From Macrostomum hystrix (lineage: Eukaryota; Animalia; Platyhelminthes), in the NCBI GenBank assembly GCA_950097015.1, contig CATNEN010000005.1, forward strand, positions 186,001 through 250,000: 64,000 nucleotides of DNA, given 5' to 3'. Below, one piece after another: positions 54,741 through 64,000 of this stretch. Each line of letters starts with the position of its first letter. Position 1 is the first letter of the stretch. The translations under genes and the position numbers were made by a program. Under the pieces are notes generated by a model that saw only the letters and a program-made list of their open reading frames with translations, was not told the DNA's origin and made no database searches.

Positions 54741-56815
54741 ATGGATCAAGGACAAGGAAACGTGGTAAGCCTTCACACAAAGTCAAATCACATTATATAT
54801 TAGAGAAATTTTTATCTATAATCAATAATTTTCATTATCAGGCCTACAACAATGGCTATGCTCACAACAATAATCGAGGCCGGCAAAGCTACAATGGCAA
54901 TTACCGCGGCAATGGACACAGAATGCAGCACCACAATGCGCATCACCAGCAACAGCAGCAGCAGCAACCGCAGCCAGTGACCTCAGTTCAAATGCCCAAT
55001 AATATGCCAGCCCAGGCATACAACGCCAATGCTGCTCAGGTGCAATGGAGTGGCTACTCGACACAATTAGCCGCAGGTGGAATGCCTGTGCCCTTAGTGG
55101 TGAGTCATATTTGTTAATTTTAATCAGCCTTGAAATCTTTATTTTGTCTTTCCCATTCGATAAGAAAGCGGTAACAGATATCAGATTAAACAATCGAATT
55201 TTTCAAACTTGCAGATGTGTGCTCCATTGCAACAGGTGCTATACTCTTAAGCTTAAGATATCTTGCTATTGATTTATACTATGTTCGTTGATTTTTTTAC
55301 TAATCGTTACTTTTGTATACTGTATGTGTTACTTTGTTGATGTCGTTTGTTTTAAATGCTTTCCAAAATGTCAAAAAGTAAATTAATTTTATGTTTACAC
55401 CATTCATTGTGTTGTTGATAAAATGCACATTGACGAGGAGAAAGCTATTGCGTGATAAGTGAATATCATATTTCGTTGTTTTTAATGTTGATTTTAAATC
55501 CTAGAAACATGTATATTATTGTCATCACAGAAACAAAAAATTTCTGTTCTGACCCTTGCTAAATTAGAAGTAATTATCTCAACTTATTTATCAAATTTGT
55601 GAAATTGCTCTAACATTCAACTTAAACTCCCCTGAACACAAGTGGAGTCACATAAATTCACAGGGGACTCAACTGAATACATAGGGACTCACCTGAAGAC
55701 ACGGGACTCACCTGAATACACGTGGACTCACCTGAATACACGGGGACTCGCCTGAATATACGGGGACTCACCTGAATACACGGGGACTCACCTGAAGACA
55801 CGGGGACTCGCCTGAATACATAGGGACTCACCTGAAGACACGGGACTCACCTGAATACACGTGGACTCACCTGAATACACGGGGACTCACCTAAATATAC
55901 GGGGACTCACCTGAATACACGTGGACTCACCTGAATACACGGGGACTCACCTGAATATACGGGGACTCACCTGAATACACGGGGACTCACCTGAAGACAC
56001 GGGACTCACCTGAATACACGTGGACTCACTTGAATACACGGGGACTCACCTGAATATACGGGGACTCACCTGAATACAAAGGGATTCACCTGAATACACG
56101 AGGACTCGCCTAAACAAACTCTAACTCACTTAAATACACCAGGGCTCGCTTACACACACAGGGACTTGCCCAATAATACACGGGCACTCACCTGAACACA
56201 TACGGACTTATATAATCATTGAAACATTGATATTGTTTGTCGGCTGTGATGATAAATGCATTCAGAATGTTTCAAGCATTGACGAGCAGAAACGCTACTG
56301 AGCCGCAACAATCACTATCACATTCTTCGGAGTATTTTGAATAAGCACAGCACAGAATGCATAAAGGTTGTAAATAATAATTCTATTGATTTTTCTAGAT
56401 GTGTGGTATCATTCTATCGTATTTTCTAAACTTTTGTTATACAATTTTTTAAAGCTGTACTTAAGTTTATAATGCATTTGTGCATAAATAAATCGTTCAA
56501 ACATTTTTTCTATCGCCACAGGCTCAATTCGGTGCGCACAGCTGGCAAACCGCGGGCCCTGGTGCGCCTATGCCCCATCAGGGTGTTGGACATTTCGCCG
56601 CTCCTTTAAGCCATCCGCCGATTTACTATCCTAATCCGCAAGCAAACCCGTATCTGCCCGTTATGAATCCCTATGGTCATCCAGTGTCTAATGTGTCTTA
56701 CGTGCAGTCAATGAATTCGGCTCATCCTCTGCTGCCGCCGCCTCCGTCTTCTCACCATCATCAGCAGCCGCCGCTTCAGCAGCCGCAGCAGCAGCAGCCT
56801 CGTTATCATCACAAT

Positions 56816-56846
<31 letters not shown>

Positions 56847-59800
56847 CGCAGCCGCAGCCACCGCCGCCGCAGCAGTCAGTCAGTCACACTACCAAGCGTT
56901 TAGTGATAGTTGATCCCAAGACAAACGAGGCCATTGATTTGCCTAATGCGAAGCCGGTACAGCCGCCGCCGCCGCCGCCGCCGCCGCAGCAGCAAACTGC
57001 CACGCAGCAGCAGCCAATTGTCCAGCAGCATCAGCAAGCCGGATCTAAAGACGAACAACAGCGCCACGTGCAGAAAAATTTATTAGCTCAGGTGCGTTCC
57101 GCTAAAGATGGCAAAGCTTTGCCCGTTGCGCCTGCTGGCAATGTGCAGCAGCAAGCATTGACCCAAAGCGATTCTACTGTTAAGGAGGAGCCGCCTGTTG
57201 TTGAACAGACTCAACAGCCAGAGTCCGTTGCTACTAGTGTTGAAGAAAATTCCAAGCTTGATAGCAATGAGCAGCAGCAGCAGCAGCAATCCAAGCCAAC
57301 TGACACTGCATCGTCATCATCAGGCGATTATCTGGTTCGTCCGGCTCCACAACCACTGCGTAGTCAGTCTCTTGACGCTGTCGGATTAACAATGCATCAC
57401 AGCCAGAGCCACGGTCAGCTCATGACGCTAGCTGAAGGCGGCGGCGGTGTCGCCGACAATCTCGGAGCTTCCGTTTCAGCGGCCTCGTCTAACAGTTCGG
57501 ATGCCGCCACAGCTGGGCCAGTTAAGAATGCGCCTAAATATGAGTTCAAACCTGAGAAGGGCGAGTCTGAAAAGACCACACTCGAACGGAAGAATAAATA
57601 TGATAGAGAGTTTTTGTTTAAATTGCAAGACTCACAATTGTCTACTCAACGGCCAAGCACCCTGCCTAGCGATATTCCTGAACTGTTGCGCAAAAGTGAA
57701 GTGGTAAGATCCTTACCGATTAATTAGTTTAGTATTTATTGATGAGTTCGCTTTTATAACTGGCAATGATGATAAGTGCTTTCGGAAAAAGTCAATTAGT
57801 AAATTTAATATTTATTAATTGTTAATTGACGAGCAGAAACGCTACTGAGCCATTAAAAGTAAAAAAAAAATTATTATATTTTCTAGTACAATTTTCTTAA
57901 AAATGAAAATAAGATTTTCACAATAGGCTGGGAAAGGTGGTCAGTGTCAGAGCGGTTAACGCGTTTGCCTCTCGCACAAAAGGTCCCTAGGCTCGATTCC
58001 GCGGCGAGGCCACATTCACTTGGGGCGCAGCCGCGAAGAGAAGGCTTCTGTCGTGCTTGTCGTGCAATTTACGCCCTCGAGGACTAACCTCCAAGGCACA
58101 GTGACATTGTACACTGCATGACGATGAAAAAGTCAGGGGACGATGCACACTCCTGTGTGAGCATGTGCTCACGAGTCAGCGAAATGGGCAGAATTGCCTC
58201 CTCGCTGTCTGCGGGTCTAGTGTCACCAAATAATGTGCCATTGCCCGCAACCCTCATGCAATTATTATTATTAATGGGCTGGGCTGTGAGTACTGACGTC
58301 CCCCAGCTAGCAATAAAGCGATGGTGTCCATTGATTTTGCTGACCTCTAAGCACCCATTGTTTTGTAATTTGTCAAAATTATCATTAAGATTATAATTAC
58401 TTGTACTTCTATACCTTTTATAATGATTTTTTAAACCCGCAGCCGCGTATTCAAGGCGGCATCAATTTTATGCCTCAGTACGTTGTGCCTAGTAATTCTG
58501 GCACGCCGAAAGACAAGAACAAGCCTGGCATGTTTGGCAGACAGCAGCAACAGCAGCAGCAGCAGCAGCAGCAGATTAGTCGCGGTAATAATTCTAGACA
58601 ACAACAGCATTATCAGCAGCCGAAGCAGATGGTGATTGAAGTCAGGAGTCGCGAGAAGGTCGACTTGCATCACACCGACAACGCCTATGTGCCAGGCTTT
58701 ATGCAAAAGAAATCGGACGATGGCGACAATAATAAACGCCAAGATACCGAGCGAAATATTCGATCTATTTTAAACAAGGTCACGCCGCAAAACTTTGAAT
58801 CCTGCTTTCAACAGCTGACTAGATGCGACATTGGCACAGAGGACGGATTAAAGTGCTGCGTTGATATCATCTTTGAAAAGGTAAGCCCGTTACGCGCAGG
58901 AAAGGACTAGGTATTTCAGAATCTGAAAGCATTTCGTGGCATGCCAAAGCAAATGATGATTGTTATCCCTGTCTTACACTAAATGTGTAGAAAAATTCAA
59001 CAAACAATGGTAACTTTTATTTCTGAGTGCTATGCTCGCCACGAGTGCTTGTAATTGATACAATGTACATTTCATTCAAGTCTAGGGGTTATTGATTCTC
59101 ATTGTCTGAAATACATCAGTCTGAGTGTTCTAGATGCTCATTGACTGAAGTACATCAGCCTGAGTGTTCTAGATGCTTAAACTGACTGAATTACATCAGC
59201 CTGAGTGTTCTAGATGCTTAAATTGACTGAAGTACATCAGCCTGAGTGTTTTAGATGCTTAAACTGACTGAAGTACATCAGCCTGAGTGTTCTAGATGCT
59301 TAAATTGACTGAAGTACATCAGCCTGAGTGTTCTAGATGCTTAAATTGACTGAAGTACATCAGCCTGAGTGTTCTAGATGCTCATTGACTGAAGTACATC
59401 GGCCTGAGTGTTCTAGATGCTCATTAAATTGACTGAAGTACATCAGCCTGAGTGTTCTAGATGCTCATTAAATTGACTGAGTAACTAAATAAATATCTAA
59501 ATTGCTTCATGGCAAACTAAGCAATGATGATTGTTATCCCTGTCTTACACAAAACTGTGTAGAAAATACTAAACAAAAATGGTAACTAATTTCTGAATGT
59601 TTCGCTTTGCCAGAAGACTAAATTTGGTTAAGAAAATTTTCTTTTCTAATTTTTATAATTAGCCGAAACGATACAAACAAATGTTTTATAATCATGTAAT
59701 TTATTTTTAGAAAAAGTTTATTAAAGCAGGTAAATTATAATTTTTACTATTCTAGCAATTTTTTCTTTTATATTCTCTTCTCTACTAAAATTAACGTGGG

Positions 59801-62502
59801 TTATTTCCTGGCCACGTGTTTAATTGCCAACACTCTAGACATTGTTAAACAGTGATGCTAGTGGTAATGGTAATGCCAATAATTTGTTTTATATCTATAA
59901 ACATTACAGGCCACAAGAGAGACTTCTTATTCGTCGGTGTTTGCCGAAATTTGTCGCAACTTAGCTTTCGTAAGTAATCAGTTTCTTATTATTGTAGTTC
60001 ATATATTCTTAATATATTTTGACTATGAACAGACTGGACTGAGATTGTCTCTCTATGCTTTGGGTCAGCTTGAAGCGTTTAATAACACGCAACAAATGCA
60101 TGCGTTTGCAAAACTATTTCAACCCCTAGTCCCGCCCCTATGCTCTCTCTCTCTGTATGTCTGTCTGTCTCTTTCTCTCTATTCCATATTTCCTCTCCGT
60201 TCCGCTTCTCTACAAACTAATTTCAAGCCTAAAACTGTGTATCCTGTTCAGTCTTTGCATTTCCACGCGTATAAATGTATGCATAAGGAATATTTCCAGC
60301 ATAAAAAAATACAGTCCAATGCGCGTATTCCATGTACTTATGCAATCAAACCAATGCACGCATTTAGCACGTGCGTCATGGTGACTTTCTATTAAGAAAA
60401 AATCCCCTATTCCCACCTTTCCACTGTCGGTTTTAGAAAAAGCTTAACAAATTTGGGGCTTTTGGTGTGATAAAAGTAGGACTACCAAGCCATTTCACCG
60501 CTCTTTATTACACCAAGAGGGGATTTCCCCCCCAGATTTTTTAAACAACGCCTGAATGCTACGCTCGTAACAGCGTTGGGTCTTGGGTGATGAATGATTG
60601 GTTGACAGGCTAAGCGATAGTGTCCTGTGGTTGAGCTGCGCCTCAGCTGAGCTGTTTTAGCTATTGAAAGTCCAGCAGTCCATCTAGATCAGGGGTAGAC
60701 AAACTTATTTGCTGGCGGGCCAAAGAGAGAACCTAAAAGACGACAGCGGGCCGCATTGACTGTATAAATATGAGATAGGGGAGAGATGAGACACGGGAGA
60801 GATGAGACATGGGAGAGATGAGACACGCGAGAGATGAGAAACGGGAGAGATGAGACACAGGAGAGAGAAGAGACGGGAGAGATGAGACACGGGAGAGATG
60901 AGACATGGGAGAGATTAGTCACGGGAGAGATGAGACACGGGAGAGATGAGACACGGGAGAGATTAGTCACGGGAGAGATGAGACACGGGAGAGATGAGAC
61001 ACGGGAGAGATTAGACACGGGAGAGATGAGACACGGGAGAGATTAGACACGGGATAGATTAGACACGGGAGAGATGAAACAGGACACTGTAGATGTCAGA
61101 AAGGGGAACGGGCCGGATTTGGGAGCTTCGAGGGCCGCATCGGGCCCGCGGGCCGGAGTTTGCCGACTCCTGATCTAGATAAAGGTAGGTGACCACCGAA
61201 GACGTAGATGATGCGGGTGACATTCGGGTGACATGCTGTTACATTTTTAAGGCCTGGCAAGGCTGCACTGAGGCGCAGTGCTAATTCGTGTATATTTTAA
61301 TATGAGAAAATTTGCAGGTCTAAATTAAAGTCTCCAGCCAGACTTCCCACCATTTTTTTGCTGACTACCTCCGATTTAATGCGTAGGCGTAGCTCTGGCT
61401 TAGCTCTAACACTCCCCTGTGTTATTCTATTCAAATAGGAGAGTAATAAAAGTATTAAATAGTGCAAGGCTCAGCAACATCCGGTCCGTTGCCCCGATTC
61501 AAAATTTACTCTCCCGTCTCATCTCTCTACTGTTTCATTTATTTCCTGTATCATCTCATAACTGTTTCATCTCATAACTGTCTCATCTCATAACTGTCTC
61601 ATCTCATAACTGTCTCATCTCATAACTGTCTCATCTCATAACTGTCTCATCTCATAACTGTCTCATCTCATAACTGTCTCATCTCATAACTGTCTCATCT
61701 CTCTTATTTACACTGTCTCGTCTCTCTACTGTGTCACCTCTCCACTGTCTTCTCTCCATTGTCTCGTCTCTCTACTGTCTCACCTCTCCACTGTCTTCTC
61801 TCCATTGTCTCGTCTCTCTACTGTCTCACCTCTCCACTGTCTTCTCTCCATTGTCTCGTCTCTCTACTGTCTCACCTCTCCACTGTCTTCTCTCCATTGT
61901 CTCGTCTCTCTACTGTCTCACCTCTCCACTGTCTTCTCTCCATTGTCTCGTCTCTCTACTGTCTAACCTCTCCACTGTCCTATCTTTTCTGTCCCATCTC
62001 TTCTCTATCTTATTTCTTCGCTGACTCATCTCTTCTCAGGTCTCATCATTCTTGTCTCATCTCTCTTAATGTAATCTATGGCATTTGTGTCTTCTGTCTC
62101 TCCGTGCTTAGTCAGTAATTTAGCCTAGCCCTAGTGTAATGAACTAGACGCTGTCATTTAAATGAACTTGATTGTGTACTGCATGAGTTATATACAAGAT
62201 ATAAAGTCACTATTATATTTGTAGTAATTATTTCTAATAATTACACTATATTTTATAATCTTTTAGCTCAAGGTGAACATTGACAAGTCAGGCTCCGGCA
62301 GCTTCATCACTCATCGATCGCTGCTATTAAAGAAGTGCCAGAATATGTTCGAGACGCCCCTACTAGACCAGATGAATGCCAAGGCTGAGCATTGGGACGA
62401 CATCATTGCCAAAGAAGAGAAAGAGGAGAAGAAGAAATCGCTTGAAGAGGAGAAAGAGGAGCAAGTTAAAAAAGTGAAGGATCAGTACTACGGTAATATT
62501 CG
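54741..62502 (+). CDS. EIF4G: Eukaryotic translation initiation factor 4G (partial; continues beyond last exon seen)
   Basis: Exons 54741-54764 (MDQGQGNV), 54842-55099, 56522-57703, 58443-58880, 59910-59969, 62267-62502. eIF4E-binding motif YxxxxLphi = YDREFLF. MIF4G start IRSILNKVTPQNFE...IIFEK|ATRETSYSSVFAEICRNL|...RSLLLKKCQNMFE...GNIR. Confidence 0.9.
55660..56110. repeat. 20-bp minisatellite GGGGACTCACCTGAATACAC
   Basis: About 22 units in an eIF4G intron. Confidence 0.93.
56241..56305 (+). ncRNA. Candidate box C/D snoRNA family 2, copy 1 (eIF4G intron), target unidentified
   Basis: Box C GTGATGA 56246-56252; C'-like TTGACGA; guide GCAGAAACGCTA; box D CTGA 56298-56301; terminal stem CGGCT/AGCCG. 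Confidence 0.65.
57760..57852 (+). ncRNA. Candidate box C/D snoRNA family 2, copy 2 (next eIF4G intron)
   Basis: GGCA-ATGATGA at ~57762-57772, and TTGACGAGCAGAAACGCTACTGAGCC identical to copy 1 (26 nt), with an unrelated AT-rich internal spacer. Confidence 0.65.
57933..58272 (+). mobile_element. Full-length tRNA(Val)-derived SINE, family 1
   Basis: Head CGCGTTTGCCTCTCGCACAAAAGGTCCCTAGGCTCGATTCCGCGGCG resembles tRNA-Val CACGTTCGCCTCACACGCGAAAGGTCCCCGGTTCGAAACCGGGCG. B-box-like GGCTCGATTCC at ~57990. Body shared with four other copies; (TTA)n tail; probable TSD AAT(A/G)GGCTGGG at 57922-57932 and 58273-58283. Confidence 0.8.
58947..59031 (+). ncRNA. Box C/D snoRNA, snR38/SNORD1-like, copy 1 (eIF4G intron)
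   Basis: Box C ATGATGA 58953-58959; guide GTTATCCCTGT 58962-58972, antisense to the conserved LSU rRNA sequence ACAGGGAUAAC; D' CTTA; box D CTGA 59023-59026; terminal stem AGCA/TGCT and outer GTGGC/GCCAC. Confidence 0.8.
59098..59480. repeat. 36-40-bp minisatellite TGACTGAAGTACATCAGCCTGAGTGTTCTAGATGCT
   Basis: About 9 units between the two snR38-like snoRNAs. Confidence 0.92.
59519..59601 (+). ncRNA. Box C/D snoRNA, snR38/SNORD1-like, copy 2 (same eIF4G intron)
   Basis: Box C ATGATGA 59524-59530; identical guide GTTATCCCTGT 59533-59543 plus CTTA; TGTGTAGA; TGGTAACT; box D CTGA 59593-59596; outer stem GGCAAA/TTTGCC. The spacers have diverged from copy 1 while the boxes and guides are conserved. 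Confidence 0.8.
60690..61172. mobile_element. hAT-type MITE containing a 16-bp minisatellite
   Basis: TIRs CAGGGGTAGACAAACT / AGTTTGCCGACTCCTG, subterminal GGCCCGCGGGCC, exact 8-bp TSD ATCTAGAT (60682-60689, 61173-61180). Confidence 0.88.
61515..62040. repeat. CT-rich minisatellites (16-bp TCTCATAACTGTCTCA and a ~39-bp unit)
   Basis: Tandem units. Confidence 0.88.
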
Positions 62503-62533
62503 GTAAGTTTCTTTAAGTTATTTATTGTCTGAA

Positions 62534-62762
62534 GCTATTGCGCGGCGCATCTGAAGACTGCGTACGGCTGTTCAGTCCATGGACTGGGGCGACGCCACAT
62601 ACACCCTCAATTACCCCCAGCTAATGCTGGTGCCCATTTGACAACTGGGTGAACTCAGGCGATGCAGAGTTAAGTGTCTTGCTAGATTACACAAACTGTT
62701 CTTGTGGAGTCTGGAATCGAACCCCCGACCTTCAAGTCGTAAGTCTCGAGTCTAATCACGCA
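62534..62762 (-). mobile_element. tRNA-derived CORE (MIR-like) SINE, family 2
   Basis: The minus strand reads GGGTTCGATTCC (B box)...TGTGTAATCTAGCAAGACACTTAACTCTGCATCGCCTGAGTTCACCCAGTTGTCAAATGGG, which aligns by eye to the MIR core TGTGTGACCTTGGGCAAGTCACTTAACCTCTCTGAGCCTCAGTTTCCTCATCTGTAAAATGGG. Confidence 0.7.
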
Positions 62763-62997
62763 TTTTTATTAGATTAGGTACACTACAACCTCTTGTCTCC
62801 TGACTTTGCGTTGGCAAACAAACTGAAGTTGTGAGTTTGTTTTTTTATCTCACAAACAGATCAATTTCTCGTAAATAGAAACTATTTTAAAACTTCAAAA
62901 AGCTAAAGAAATTATCTGGCGCTTCAGTTAACAGTAGAAAAATCACGATATACCCCCTGTGGAAGAGCCACGGTGGTAATTTAAACACCCACTGGCC

Positions 62998-64000
62998 ACT
63001 GTCTACTTGTCTACTACTAACTACAGTACACTGTCTACTTGTCTACTACAGTACACTGTCTTTTTGTCTACTACAGTACACTGTCTTCTTGTCTACTACA
63101 GTACACTGTCTACTTGTCTACTACAGTACACTGTCTACTTGTCTACTACTAACTACAGTACACTGTCTACTTGTCTACTACAGTACACTGTCTTCTTGTC
63201 TACTACAGTACACTGTCTACTTGTCAACTACAGTACACTGTCTACTTGTCTACTACAGTACACTGTCTACTTGTCTACTACAGTACACTGTCTTCTTGTC
63301 TACTACAGTACACTGTCTAGTTGTCTACTACAGTACACTGTCTACTTGTCTACTACAGTACACTGTCTACTTGTCTACTACAGTACACTGTCTTCTTGTC
63401 TACTACAGTACACTGTCTTCTTGTCTACTACAGTACACTGTCTACTTGTCTACTACAGTACACTGTCTACTTGTCTACTACTAACTACAGTACACTGTTT
63501 ACTTGTCTACTACAGTACACTGTCTTCTTGTCTACTACAGTACACTGTCTACTTGTCAACTACAGTACACTGTCTACTTGTCTACTACAGTACACTGTCT
63601 ACTTGTCTACTACAGTACACTGTCTTCTTGTCTACTACAGTACACTGTCTAGTTGTCTACTACAGTACACTGTCTACTTGTCTACTACAGTACACTGTCT
63701 TCTTGTCTACTACAGTACACTGTCTAGTTGTCTACTACAGTACACTGTCTACTTGTCTACTACAGTACACTGTCTACTTGTCTACTACAGTACACTGTCT
63801 AGTTGTCTACTACAGTACACTGTCTAGTTGTCTACTACAGTACACTGTCTACTTGTCTACTACAGTACACTGTCTACTTGTCTACTACAGTACACTGTCT
63901 TCTTGTCTACTACAGTACACTGTATAGTTGTCTACTACAGTACACTGTCTACTTGTCTACTACAGTACACTGTCTACTTGTCTACTACAGTACACTGTCT
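62998..64000. repeat. 25-bp minisatellite TACACTGTCTACTTGTCTACTACAG
   Basis: Runs to the end of the window. Confidence 0.96.

Noticed and set aside
57937-58012. Functional tRNA-Val gene
   Set aside because: The anticodon arm and acceptor stem are degenerate, and it is fused to a dispersed repeat body with a tail and TSD, so it is a SINE head.
60587-60650. Possible fifth C/D snoRNA (GTGATGA...CTGA)
   Set aside because: There is no immediate terminal stem, no second copy and no recognisable guide. Its CTGCGCCTCAG has an inverted partner at ~61268, which suggests transposon debris.
63007-63927. 306-aa STTVHCLLVYY ORF
   Set aside because: 25-bp minisatellite artefact.

Overview
Eukaryotic (metazoan, invertebrate) genomic DNA, not prokaryotic. 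It has spliced genes with GT-AG introns, polyQ-rich exons and very dense intronic mini- and microsatellites. This style resembles a free-living flatworm such as Macrostomum, but that is inference only. Most long ORFs in the supplied track are repeat artefacts. Protein genes I could assemble by hand with consistent splice phases: a PHLDB/LL5-like coiled-coil + PH gene (minus, partial), three C1GALT1-like (GT31 core-1 beta-1,3-galactosyltransferase) paralogs, an ARHGEF33-like DH-domain RhoGEF (plus) and an eIF4G gene (plus, runs off the window). The eIF4G introns hold four candidate box C/D snoRNAs: two snR38/SNORD1-like copies in one intron, and two copies of a guide whose target I could not identify. 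Mobile DNA includes a tRNA-Val-derived SINE family (5 copies), a MIR/CORE-like SINE (2 copies), a hAT MITE carrying a minisatellite, a TIR element with a nested 5'-truncated LINE, and a foldback-like pair of inverted arrays. A frameshifted ankyrin-repeat relic lies at about 49.3-49.6 kb. No CRISPR array, rRNA gene or intact tRNA gene was found. All alignments were done by eye against remembered consensus sequences; no database search was run.
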